Origin: a bacterium
GTDB lineage: Bacteria; RBG-13-61-14; DATKZS01
Reading direction: 5' to 3'
Length of the DNA: 64,000 bases
Assembly: GCA_963674965.2 (NCBI GenBank)
Contig: CAXXFL010000005.1
Span: 160,001 to 224,000 of the forward strand
Position 1 is the stretch's first letter. Every line of letters begins with the position of its first letter. The notes beneath the pieces were generated by a model. The model made no database searches, was not told the DNA's origin, and worked only from the letters and a program-made list of their open reading frames with translations. The translations under genes and the position numbers were made by a program. Below, in pieces: positions 1-9,171 of the stretch.

Positions 1-20
1 GTCTCTCCAAGGTATTTCCA

Positions 21-593
21 GTGCGCATAGTCATGATAGACAACTACGATTCCTTCACCTACAACCTGGTGCAGGCCCTCGGCGCGCTGGGACACGAGCT
101 TATCGTGTTCAGAAACGACGAGGCCGACGTGGCAAGCATAGCCCATCTTCGTCCCGACCGCGTCGTCATCTCGCCGGGTCCGGGAAGACCCGAGAACGCG
201 GGGATTTCCTGTCGAGTCATCGAGGAGCTCTCACCCAAGATATGGACCCTGGGCGTTTGCCTGGGCCACCAGTGTATCGGGCAGGTGTTCGGCGCCCCCG
301 TCGTGCAGGCCCGGGAGATAATGCACGGCAAGACCTCGTGGGTCGTGCATGACGGCAAGGGGCTCCACCAGGGCCTTCCCAACCCCATGCAGGTCATGCG
401 CTATCACTCGCTGGCGCTCAGGGAAAAGGACCTTCCCTTATGCCTCGAGGCCACGGCCAGGACCCTCGAGGGAACTCTCATGGGAGTCAGACATAAAAGC
501 TGGCCCCTTTTCGGGGTCCAGTACCACCCCGAGTCATTCCTTACCCCGGACGGGCCGTCCCTGCTCCTCAACTTCATCGAGATGGGCGGATAG
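21..593 (+). CDS. pabA: Glutamine amidotransferase, aminodeoxychorismate/anthranilate synthase component II
   Basis: IDNYDSFTYNL, SPGPG, GVCLGHQ, RYHSL and QYHPES motifs; directly upstream of a component I gene. trpG is the alternative name. Confidence 0.9.
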   Translation: MRIVMIDNYDSFTYNLVQALGALGHELIVFRNDEADVASIAHLRPDRVVISPGPGRPENAGISCRVIEELSPKIWTLGVCLGHQCIGQVFGAPVVQAREIMHGKTSWVVHDGKGLHQGLPNPMQVMRYHSLALREKDLPLCLEATARTLEGTLMGVRHKSWPLFGVQYHPESFLTPDGPSLLLNFIEMGG

Positions 594-612
594 GCGAAAT
601 GGAGATAAAAGG

Positions 613-2049
613 GTGAGGACCTCGAACGAAATGATCGAGCCCTACTACAGGGGAAGGACCGTGGTAAGGCTCCTGGCCATTAACGCCGAGCCCCACAAGC
701 TCTTCGCCTGCCTGGCCTCCCGCAGGGGCAGTATATTCCTCGACAGCGCCCTCATGGACCGCTACGGTCTGGGCAGGTGGTCTTTTATCGCCTACGATCC
801 TCTCTTCACCATCTCGAGCAGGGGAGACACCACGGCCTTCCGCATCGGCAAGCGAACGAGATGGGCCAGGGAAAACTTCTTCACCATGCTCCGCCGGTCC
901 CTGGCCCAGTTCTCGGTGAAAAGCGATCCCTCCTGGATACCCTTCAGGGGCGGGGCGGCCGGCTTTTTTTCCTACGAGTTGGGCCGTCTGATCGAAAGAC
1001 TTCCCCAGACGACCGAGGACGACCTGGGCCTGCCCGAGAGCTGCGTGGGCTTTTACGACACGGTGCTGGCCTTCGACCATATCATGGAGCAGTGGTTCAT
1101 CTGCCATACGGACTTCGGCATGAGGCGTCTTAGCCTCGAGGACAGGCTCAGCGAGGTGAGGAAGTTCTCGATCGAGGCCAAGACCGTCAAGGCCCCGCCG
1201 GAGATCAAGACGGCCGATTTCCGCTCGAACTTCACCCAGGAGCGATACCTCGAGTCGATAATCAAGGCCAAGGAATACATCGTGGCCGGCGACATTTACC
1301 AGGTGAATCTTTCCCAGCGGTTCACCGCCGGCATAGGCGAGGCGGACCCCTACGACCTCTACCAGAGGCTCCGGGAAACCAACGCGGCTCCTTTCGCCGC
1401 CTTCCTCCAGTTCAAGGAGTTCCAGATACTCTCGAGCTCGCCCGAGCGCTTCCTCCGCGTCATCGACGACAAGGTCGAGACCCGACCGATCAAGGGCACC
1501 CGTCCCCGCGGGTCCTCGCCCAGGGAGGAGGCCTGGTACAAGGCCCAGCTTCTGGCCAGCGAAAAGGACAGGGCCGAGCTTAACATGATCGTGGACCTGG
1601 AAAGGAACGACCTGGGACGGGTGTGCAAGTACGGCTCGGTGGCCGTGGCCAGGCACGCCCAGTGCGAGACCTACGCCCGGGTCCACCACCTGGTGAGCAC
1701 CATCGAGGGTACCATAAGGGAAGACAAGGACGTGGCCGACCTCTTATTGGCCACCTTTCCAGGGGGAAGCATCACGGGAGCGCCTAAAATAAGGTCCATG
1801 GAAATTATCGACGAGCTCGAGCCCAACGTGAGAAGCGTCTATACCGGCTCCATGGGCTACGTCGGATTCAACGGGGACCTGGACCTGAATATCGCCATCC
1901 GCACCATGATCGCGGCCGATGGCCAGGTCCATTTCAACGCCGGCGGCGGCATCGTGTACGACTCCGACCCCGCGGGCGAGTACGAGGAAACCCACGACAA
2001 GGCCAGGGCCCTCATCGAGGCCCTGGGCAGAAGCGTCGACGGCTTCTGA
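613..2049 (+). CDS. pabB: Aminodeoxychorismate synthase component I (chorismate-binding)
   Basis: GDIYQVNLSQRF, SSSPERFL, TRPIKGTRPRG, KDRAELNMIVDLERNDLGRV and FPGGSITGAPK motifs. Start moved to GTG 613 (GGAG at 601-604); the ORF-track start at 349 overlaps pabA. Confidence 0.88.
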   Translation: MRTSNEMIEPYYRGRTVVRLLAINAEPHKLFACLASRRGSIFLDSALMDRYGLGRWSFIAYDPLFTISSRGDTTAFRIGKRTRWARENFFTMLRRSLAQFSVKSDPSWIPFRGGAAGFFSYELGRLIERLPQTTEDDLGLPESCVGFYDTVLAFDHIMEQWFICHTDFGMRRLSLEDRLSEVRKFSIEAKTVKAPPEIKTADFRSNFTQERYLESIIKAKEYIVAGDIYQVNLSQRFTAGIGEADPYDLYQRLRETNAAPFAAFLQFKEFQILSSSPERFLRVIDDKVETRPIKGTRPRGSSPREEAWYKAQLLASEKDRAELNMIVDLERNDLGRVCKYGSVAVARHAQCETYARVHHLVSTIEGTIREDKDVADLLLATFPGGSITGAPKIRSMEIIDELEPNVRSVYTGSMGYVGFNGDLDLNIAIRTMIAADGQVHFNAGGGIVYDSDPAGEYEETHDKARALIEALGRSVDGF

Positions 2050-2084
2050 CGGCCGCCCGCCCCCGGGCGGGCAAGGAGGTGAAA

Positions 2085-2927
2085 ATGGGCGTTTCCATGA
2101 CGGTGGTGGCGGAAAACTCGGTGACCGCGGGGATAGGACTTATCGGCGAGCACGGCTTCTGCGCGCATATCGAGTCGGAGGGAAAGAGGGTCCTTTGGGA
2201 CACGGGACAGGGCTTCGCCCTTCCCCATAACGCGCCACGCCTGGGGGTGGACCTGAAAAAGATCGACGTCATCGCCCTCTCCCACGGCCATTTCGATCAC
2301 ACCGGCGGGCTGCCGGCGGCCCTCGCCCCCGAGGGGGAAAGAAAAATCGTGTGCCACCCCGCCTGCTTCGAGAAAAAAATGACCAAGCGCGAGATGTTCG
2401 GCAAGACCATCGAGGCCTTTATCGGGGCGCCTACCGAGCGGGGCAGGCTCGAGTCCATGGGCGCCCGCTTCAGCTTCGTGGAGGACTCGGTTGAGATAGC
2501 TCCCGGCGTCCATTTCATCACGGCTATACCCATGAAAAACGACTTCGAGAACATCGAGGCCGGCTTCTTTATCCAGAAGGAGGGGGAAAAGGTCCACGAC
2601 GACTTCAGGGACGACGCGGCCCTGGCCATCGAGACCGATGCAGGGGTGTCGGTTATCCTGGGATGCGCCCATCGCGGCGTCGTCAACACCCTCGAGCGGG
2701 TCATGGACATGTTCGGAGTAAAAAGCATTAACTCCGTCTGGGGCGGCACTCACATGATCGACCGGACGCCCGAGGAAGTGGAGAAGACCATCGAGGCCCT
2801 GAAGGCCATGAACGTAGGCCTGGTGGCCGCGGCCCACTGCACGGGACTGGAGAACGAGGCCAAGCTGGCCGCGGCGCTGCCGGGCAAGTTCGCCTTCGCC
2901 TCGGTGGGAGTAAGGGCCGTTCTGTAA
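2085..2927 (+). CDS. MBL-fold metallo-hydrolase, COG1237/MJ0301-like
   Basis: EHGF, DTGQ, SHGHFDHTGGL, GCAHRG, GGTH and HCTG motifs; AGGAGG at 2074-2079 before ATG 2085. Confidence 0.85.
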   Translation: MGVSMTVVAENSVTAGIGLIGEHGFCAHIESEGKRVLWDTGQGFALPHNAPRLGVDLKKIDVIALSHGHFDHTGGLPAALAPEGERKIVCHPACFEKKMTKREMFGKTIEAFIGAPTERGRLESMGARFSFVEDSVEIAPGVHFITAIPMKNDFENIEAGFFIQKEGEKVHDDFRDDAALAIETDAGVSVILGCAHRGVVNTLERVMDMFGVKSINSVWGGTHMIDRTPEEVEKTIEALKAMNVGLVAAAHCTGLENEAKLAAALPGKFAFASVGVRAVL

Positions 2928-2974
2928 CGGGGCAAGAAAGATTTCTCAGCGAAGGAAATCGGATAGGGGTTTAC

Positions 2975-4114
2975 ATGTTTGAAATCAAGATGCCGGCGAG
3001 GATCAACGTCCTTGGCAATCCCTCCGACGCCAACGAGGGCGCTCACCAGACCATCAGCGCCGCCGTCAACGTCTGGGGAGGAGTCGAGGTTAGAGAAAGC
3101 GACGGCCTTAAGCTTTCCTTCCGGGCCGGGGCCGACGACTGTAACAACGGGCTCTCCCGACTCGAGGCCTCCTCCTTCCAGGACCTCGAGTACGGAAAGG
3201 GCTTTGACCTCCAGGTCGCCGCCATCAGGACCCTTGAAAAATACAGCGACGAGTTCCGACGCAAATACCATGAAAACCTTCCATCTTTGACCTTCTGGAC
3301 CGACATCCCCAGGCAGAGCGGACTCGGCGGCTCCACGGTCCTCGTGCTCCTGACCATGGTCTCCCTTATCAGCCATTACAAGCTGGATAAAAGAAAACAC
3401 AACGAGTACGCGCTGGGGGAGTTGGCGCAAAGGGCCGAGGAAAAGGAACTGGGCATCACCTGCGGTTACGCCGACCGTTACGTGCCCGTGTTCGGCGACG
3501 TGGCCTACATCGACTACCGGGGCAAGCTCTTCCACAAGGAAATCAAGACCGAGCCATATTGCACCTACGAAAAGCTGGGAGACAAGATCGACTGCCTTCC
3601 CCTGGTCATGTGCTCGACCGGTCTCAAGCACGACTCGGGCGACGTGCATCGCCCGATGCGCGCCCGCTATCTCGAGGAGTACAAGGAGTTTAAAGGCGAT
3701 TATAACGACGCTCCCTTCATGGTCAGGGTCATGAAGGAAATCGGAGACACGGCCTGGCAGGGCAAAATCGCCCTCCTGGAGGGGGACCTTTTCAGGTTCG
3801 GCGAGCTGATGAACGAGAACCACCGCCTGGTGAACGAGATGATGCTCTACTGCGGCTTCAGCGAGGGCGCGGGCGAGGCCAACAACGCCATGATCGAGGC
3901 CGGACTCAAGGCCGGGGCCCTGGGCGCCAAGCTGACGGGCGCGGGCGGCGGCGGCTCGGTCTTCATGCTTTCCCGGCCGGGGGAGGAGGAGCGCATCGCC
4001 GAAAGCCTGAAGAAGGCCCTTCGCGTGCATGGATACGGGGAGGGGCGCGTTTTTATTCCCCGGGTGGTGAGCGAGGGCGCCATCGTCATCGGCCGCGAGA
4101 TAGGCAAATCCTGA
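2975..4114 (+). CDS. GHMP-family sugar kinase, glucuronokinase-like
   Basis: ARINVLGNPSD, IPRQSGLGGS (ATP loop), AEEKELGITCGYADR and GAKLTGAGGGG motifs. Confidence 0.8.
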   Translation: MFEIKMPARINVLGNPSDANEGAHQTISAAVNVWGGVEVRESDGLKLSFRAGADDCNNGLSRLEASSFQDLEYGKGFDLQVAAIRTLEKYSDEFRRKYHENLPSLTFWTDIPRQSGLGGSTVLVLLTMVSLISHYKLDKRKHNEYALGELAQRAEEKELGITCGYADRYVPVFGDVAYIDYRGKLFHKEIKTEPYCTYEKLGDKIDCLPLVMCSTGLKHDSGDVHRPMRARYLEEYKEFKGDYNDAPFMVRVMKEIGDTAWQGKIALLEGDLFRFGELMNENHRLVNEMMLYCGFSEGAGEANNAMIEAGLKAGALGAKLTGAGGGGSVFMLSRPGEEERIAESLKKALRVHGYGEGRVFIPRVVSEGAIVIGREIGKS

Positions 4115-4148
4115 CCGGCCGGTCCGGCCGCGGAAGAAGGGACGAGGA

Positions 4149-5120
4149 TTGATCGAGATACCCATCAGCGTCGTCATATTGGCCGCGGGAAAAGGCACGC
4201 GGCTGGGAACGCTCAACCTTGCTCACTCGAAGGCCATGACTCCTATTTTGGGAACTCCGGTGATCGAGCGGGTGGCCGACTCCTTCGTCCGGAGCGGCTG
4301 CCGTGACTTCGTGGTGGTGGCCAGTCCCGAGGACGATCCTCTTCTCGAGTGGGCCGGGACCTACGGCAACGGAGACCTCGAGGTCAGGGTGGCCCTGCAA
4401 AAGGAAAGGCTGGGCACGGCCCACGCCCTGCTTCAGGCCCGTCCCATGATACGCCAGGACTTCATCGTGACCTCTTGCGACAACCTTTACTCGGAGCGCC
4501 ACATATCCAACCTTCTCACGGCGCACCTGACCCACCGTCCTCCGGCGGTGGCGACCATATCCGACTTCGAGCCGCCCGACCTGGACCGGTCGGCGGGGGT
4601 GAAGCTCTCGGGCAACATGGTCCTCGAGATCAAGGAGAAACCGGGAAGGGAATCCCGGGGCTGGGACGCCATCAGCAAGTTCATGTTCACATTCCGCAAG
4701 GACCTGCTCGATTGCCTCGACGCGGTCCACCCGTCGCCAAGGGGGGAATACGAGCTGCAGGACGCCATTACCATGTTCATGGACATGTGCGACGAGTTCT
4801 GCCGCGCCGTCAAAGTGGGAAGATTTCTTCACCTCACCTCCCAGCGCGACCTCATCGATATTCACATGCACTACCTCGAGGCGCACAGGACAATGATCAT
4901 ACACCCCGAGGCCAAAGTCGAGCCGGGAGTGACCATGATCCATCCCGTCATGATCGACGCGGGCGCCATAATCGAGCAAGGATGCAGGATCGGGCCGTAC
5001 GTTTACGTGGGCAAGGGGGCCCGCCTGGGCGAGGGCGTCGAGGCGTCCGAGACCGTTATCTACCCCGGGGCCAAAGTCGGCCCGGGAACAACCGCGCGCT
5101 CGGAAATAATCGTGGAATAA
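4149..5120 (+). CDS. Sugar-phosphate nucleotidyltransferase with C-terminal hexapeptide repeats
   Basis: VILAAGKGTRL, LGTAHAL, EKP and SPRGEYELQDAI motifs; left-handed beta-helix tail (IHPEAKVE...IGPYVYVG). Confidence 0.85.
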   Translation: MIEIPISVVILAAGKGTRLGTLNLAHSKAMTPILGTPVIERVADSFVRSGCRDFVVVASPEDDPLLEWAGTYGNGDLEVRVALQKERLGTAHALLQARPMIRQDFIVTSCDNLYSERHISNLLTAHLTHRPPAVATISDFEPPDLDRSAGVKLSGNMVLEIKEKPGRESRGWDAISKFMFTFRKDLLDCLDAVHPSPRGEYELQDAITMFMDMCDEFCRAVKVGRFLHLTSQRDLIDIHMHYLEAHRTMIIHPEAKVEPGVTMIHPVMIDAGAIIEQGCRIGPYVYVGKGARLGEGVEASETVIYPGAKVGPGTTARSEIIVE

Positions 5121-5133
5121 AAAGGGGGCGAAA

Positions 5134-6081
5134 GTGAAAAAGCCAAAGACAATGGCGCCTAAACGGGTCGCCGCGGCCGCCGGGTCCCTGGCGCTACTTA
5201 TTTTATGCGTCTGGGCCGTCTCGGCCCCGGCCAAGGACGAGAGGGGAGAGTTGGTGGTGGACGGGATCAAGCGGACCTACCTGGTCCACGCTCCCGAATC
5301 GATCTCGGAATCGGCCGGCGCGCCCCTGGTACTTGCCCTTCATGGCAGGTTTGGATCGGGCCGGCAAATGAGGAGGTCCTCCGGGTTCGACGGCATAGCC
5401 GACCGGGAAGGATTCATCGTCGCTTACCCGGACGGGTTCAAAAGAAGCTGGGCCGACGGCCGGGGCGAGGTCAAAAAAGGGGACCGGGAAATCGACGACG
5501 TGAAGTTCGTCTCCGCCCTTATCGACGAGTTGGCGGCCAAATACCCCGTGGATAAAGAGAGGGTGTACGCCTGCGGCATGTCCAACGGCGGCTTCATGTC
5601 CATGCGCCTGGCCTGCATGCTTTCCGACAAGGTCCACGCCGCGGCGGCCGTGGGCTCGACCTTTGGCGAGGACCTGTCAAGACAATGCGAGCCGGGAAGG
5701 GCCGTGCCCGTAATGATCGTCATGGGAAACGCCGACCCGATCGTGCCCTTTTCAGGCGGAAGGGTCGAGAAAAGCAATTTTCAGGGCAAGCTACTGTCGG
5801 CCTTCGACGCGGCCCAGTGGTGGTCGGCCAACGACGGATGCGAGAAGTCCCCCTCCGGCGAGACGGTGATCGACGGGGCGGACGACGGCACGAGGGCCAT
5901 CGAGAAAACATGGCGCGGCTGCCGGGATGACGCCTCCGTTGTCCTGATCGAGATCGAAAACGGTGGACATACCTGGCCCGGCGACGACCAGTACCTGCCG
6001 GTCAGGATGGTGGGGAAGACCTCGCAAGATTTCGACGCGAGCGAAAAGATATGGAGTTTCTTCAAGGGGGCCGCGGATTGA
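5134..6081 (+). CDS. Secreted PHB-depolymerase/LpqC-family esterase
   Basis: Signal peptide; PLVLALHG, GFIVAYPDG, DDVKFV, GMSNGG (nucleophile elbow) and GGHTWPG motifs. Start may be ATG 5152. Confidence 0.85.
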   Translation: MKKPKTMAPKRVAAAAGSLALLILCVWAVSAPAKDERGELVVDGIKRTYLVHAPESISESAGAPLVLALHGRFGSGRQMRRSSGFDGIADREGFIVAYPDGFKRSWADGRGEVKKGDREIDDVKFVSALIDELAAKYPVDKERVYACGMSNGGFMSMRLACMLSDKVHAAAAVGSTFGEDLSRQCEPGRAVPVMIVMGNADPIVPFSGGRVEKSNFQGKLLSAFDAAQWWSANDGCEKSPSGETVIDGADDGTRAIEKTWRGCRDDASVVLIEIENGGHTWPGDDQYLPVRMVGKTSQDFDASEKIWSFFKGAAD

Positions 6082-6153
6082 ATCCGCCCTGGACTCATTG
6101 GAGGCCAAATAAAAGCGAGTGTAATGACATGGGCGGATATGGCGACAATGGTG

Positions 6154-6182
6154 TTGATTTAGGCCTTGATAAATCCTATAAT
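6154..6182 (+). promoter_or_regulatory. Sigma70-type promoter
   Basis: TTGATT (6154-6159), 17 bp spacer, TATAAT (6177-6182) in an AT-rich intergenic region. Confidence 0.55.
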
Positions 6183-6278
6183 TCAAGCGTTACAAGAAGA
6201 TTGAACCGGGATTCAAGGAATTCGAGCCGGCAACTCCCGCGTGGCCTCGGCCATCGGGGCGGGGAAAGGATGGAGATT

Positions 6279-7739
6279 ATGAAAAGAGCCGCGGCTCTGG
6301 TTTTGGTAATACTTGCCGCCTTCACGATCACTATAAGCTGTTCGAGCGACCCCGGCGGCGGTGGTGGCGGCCTGTTCGACATGGGCGGTGAAAAGACCTA
6401 CTTCGACTGGGACATGCTGTTCCTGGTCATGGGCGACACCTGCCCCAAGGGCTTTGCCGGCAGCGGCTCGGGCCTGAGTCTCGAGGTGCTTCCCGGGGCC
6501 TCGTTGCCCATTCAGGGCCTCGGCCTTTATCCGGGCGTGAGGGGCAAGACGGACGGTACCCAATGGGAGGCGACCATACCCGAGGTCAAGACCCTTCACT
6601 TCTCGATCCTGGGCGAGGCCGGCGTGGTCAGCGAGGGCGACCAGGTCAAGGTCCATTTCATCTACAAGGCCGCGGCCGACGCCGAGAACGGCGATTACTT
6701 CCTGGCCAGGATATCCGACGGCGACCGTTTCCTCTACGCCGCCAAACTGCGGGGAGGGGCCATGGACGCGAACGTCGCCTCCGAGGCCGACTATTCCTAT
6801 ACGGCCCAGGCCGACGGCTTCGGCCTCCAGTTCATCATCGGACTCAGCGGTCCCGCGGACGTCTTCTACCTGGACGAGCTCGAGATATACGTTAACGACG
6901 TCCTGGTCTGGGCGGACTACTTCGAGGCGGGAGATTACACGCAGCCCCAGTTCCTGCCCGACGCCGGCAACCCGGTTTTCGTCAGGGTGGCGGCCCTTCC
7001 CTACCACCAGCTCGGCGAGTTCGGACTCTCGGCCGACGACGTCCTCGAGGGCGCGAATAGCCTCAAGGTCACCGGCGGAAGGTACTTCACCATGTACGGG
7101 CAGGGCGGCGAGTTCGACGGGTTCGCGGGCGTCATCCTGAACTTCCACGACCCCGACCCGCTCGATCCTTACATCGGGGAATCCATGGCCATGAAGCAGT
7201 CCAGTTCCTATATAGGGACTTACAAGGGCTATGACGACGTTCCCGCCGACTGCGCCGAGGAGGGCAGCCTGATGATCGCGGAGGACCCCTCTGGCAACGC
7301 CGACATATCCGGGGTGTGGACCATCCAGATCAGCGGCTATTGCGACGCCGGGGGAGGGACCCAGGAGGAGTTCCTCATGCAGTACTCCGACCTCGACGGG
7401 ACTTACGCCCTCGGCGATCCCGTCTCGGTGGCCAAGTTCCATACCCTCTTCCTCGGTTATCCCTTCGCCGACCCTTACGGGAACGCCTTCTCGAGCCCCA
7501 TCGGCCTTACCATGGGAGAGTCCGGCGTGCTCATCCTGAGCTGGGAATACATGACCAACCCCATGATGGCCCAGTTCGCCGGCGTATACGACAAGTCCTC
7601 GGGCGTAATCCAGGGACAGGTCCTGGGCGCCCTGCCCAAGGCCGACGGCTCGCCCTGCGTCCTCATCGAGGGCCAGAGCATGTTCCAGGCCACCATCGAC
7701 AAAAGCCACGACGTGCCCCCACCAGGCGCGGCCCCCTGA
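6279..7739 (+). CDS. Acidic lipoprotein of unknown function
   Basis: MKRAAALVLVILAAFTITISC lipoprotein-type signal followed by a Gly linker; beta-rich and D/E/G-rich; AAGGA upstream of ATG 6279. Confidence 0.7.
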   Translation: MKRAAALVLVILAAFTITISCSSDPGGGGGGLFDMGGEKTYFDWDMLFLVMGDTCPKGFAGSGSGLSLEVLPGASLPIQGLGLYPGVRGKTDGTQWEATIPEVKTLHFSILGEAGVVSEGDQVKVHFIYKAAADAENGDYFLARISDGDRFLYAAKLRGGAMDANVASEADYSYTAQADGFGLQFIIGLSGPADVFYLDELEIYVNDVLVWADYFEAGDYTQPQFLPDAGNPVFVRVAALPYHQLGEFGLSADDVLEGANSLKVTGGRYFTMYGQGGEFDGFAGVILNFHDPDPLDPYIGESMAMKQSSSYIGTYKGYDDVPADCAEEGSLMIAEDPSGNADISGVWTIQISGYCDAGGGTQEEFLMQYSDLDGTYALGDPVSVAKFHTLFLGYPFADPYGNAFSSPIGLTMGESGVLILSWEYMTNPMMAQFAGVYDKSSGVIQGQVLGALPKADGSPCVLIEGQSMFQATIDKSHDVPPPGAAP

Positions 7740-7758
7740 TCGTCGGCGCCAAAACCTC

Positions 7759-7792
7759 TCCCGCCCTTTCAAACGAAGGGGCGGGATTTTTT
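7759..7792 (+). terminator. Rho-independent terminator
   Basis: TCCCGCCCTTTC-AAAC-GAAGGGGCGGGA hairpin followed by T6. Confidence 0.8.
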
Positions 7793-7889
7793 GGGGGCAG
7801 AATTCGATTCATAACGTCTATCCTGGCGTTTCACGCCCGGCACGGCAAGTCCAATACAATTATGAATACGACGTCGGATAAAATATTAC

Positions 7890-7921
7890 TTGACAAAGCG
7901 GGGGGGGGGGGGGGGTAATAT
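7890..7921 (+). promoter_or_regulatory. Sigma70-like promoter with a poly-G spacer (candidate phase-variable)
   Basis: TTGACA (7890-7895), AAGC, G16 (7900-7915), TAATAT (7916-7921); current spacer is 20 bp. Confidence 0.6.
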
Positions 7922-8201
7922 TACGCCATAGCTTAAAAGTGGTGGCCCGACCCAATAGAAGTAAGCCTCGAATATCGAAAAATAATTACAAAGAACAGGC
8001 CATTTGAATTGGAAAGTATCACCATATTTTTTTCATAAAAAAAGTATTTATATGGGCATGTCAATTATTGCCCAAGCGCGGGTTTATAAAAATCTCAAAT
8101 CTAATCCGCAATTTCCGGATACTCCTCAAGCGGAGTGTTCAGGAAACGTCTAGGCCAATCGGTTTAAGTGTTTGGACGAAAAACAATAATTGGAGGTAGT
8201 G

Positions 8202-9029
8202 ATGGCAAAAAAATATTTTTTTCTACAATTGATTGTTTTCACGCTGCTGGCTCTTGGGTGCGGGCTCGATGCCTACGCGGCGGACAAAGCCGTTTTGGTA
8301 ATGGTGACCGCTTATACAAAAAACGCGCCGGGGAACCCCGTTGCTTCATATCCGGATGCCTGTGTTGGAGATTTTGTACCTGACGTGACACACTTGGCCA
8401 TGGGTAAGGAAGTCTTTGAGCCGGGCAACCTATATGAAGCCACAAGTATTTCGAGTTACGCCAGAGGGGAAAAAATCGCGAAAGCCTTGGGGGATTACAA
8501 CCTGATCGAAAAAACAAGAACGTCACTTCTTAATGATCTGAAAGAAAAAGGAATCAACGCCATACCCGTTTGCCTGGCCGGGGAAGACCCATCTTCGTCC
8601 GGCTGCGTAAAGGTGGAGGACAGTGAAACGCTGGTCGCGGAACACGGCGACAAGGACCTGTTGCTTGTTTCTATACGCTATTACGGTATTTACAACCGGA
8701 AGGCTTTTTTCAGGTCCTATGCCATGTATATGGATATTAATGAGACAAAAGGCGACTGGGTTTATCACATATGGTGGCCGCCGGACGAAGAGTTCGAAAA
8801 GGCCGAGGAAAAGCCGGGGGACGAATGGGCGGCCGATCCGGATGGTTTGGTAAAGACTTATGACGGCCTGATCGCCGGGTTTTCCAGCACCATCGCGAAA
8901 ATAGTCGCTGGAGAACTGGACCCGAAGAAAGTTTTCCCAAAATTGGAAAAACTGTCTACCAATAAGAGAACGGTTAAGGTGATGTTGAAGACGGCCATCA
9001 AAGCCGGCCAGAAATACAAAGCCCCATAA
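8202..9029 (+). CDS. Secreted hypothetical protein
   Basis: GGAGG then ATG 8202; signal peptide ending DAYA; CLAGEDPSSSGC motif. Confidence 0.7.
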   Translation: MAKKYFFLQLIVFTLLALGCGLDAYAADKAVLVMVTAYTKNAPGNPVASYPDACVGDFVPDVTHLAMGKEVFEPGNLYEATSISSYARGEKIAKALGDYNLIEKTRTSLLNDLKEKGINAIPVCLAGEDPSSSGCVKVEDSETLVAEHGDKDLLLVSIRYYGIYNRKAFFRSYAMYMDINETKGDWVYHIWWPPDEEFEKAEEKPGDEWAADPDGLVKTYDGLIAGFSSTIAKIVAGELDPKKVFPKLEKLSTNKRTVKVMLKTAIKAGQKYKAP

Positions 9030-9171
9030 TTACAGCGTGACGCGGCCCGTTCGGGCCAAAATCCATGCCCTTTAACATGAGCCCTTTCGCGACGAATTCA
9101 ATGAAAGAGGCGGAAATTTAGAGGCATTTTACTTTTCGTAATCCAAAACTCGAAGAAAAAAGGAGGAAAAA

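Noticed and set aside
349-612. N-terminal extension of pabB given by the ORF track
   Set aside because: Overlaps pabA in another frame; a good SD and GTG lie at 601-615.
2975-4114. GHMP protein as beta-RFAP synthase, which with pabAB and the MJ0301-like gene would suggest methanopterin synthesis
   Set aside because: Motifs (LGNPSD, IPRQSGLGGS, GAGGGG) fit sugar kinases, not the RFAP synthase pattern, and the next gene is a sugar nucleotidyltransferase.
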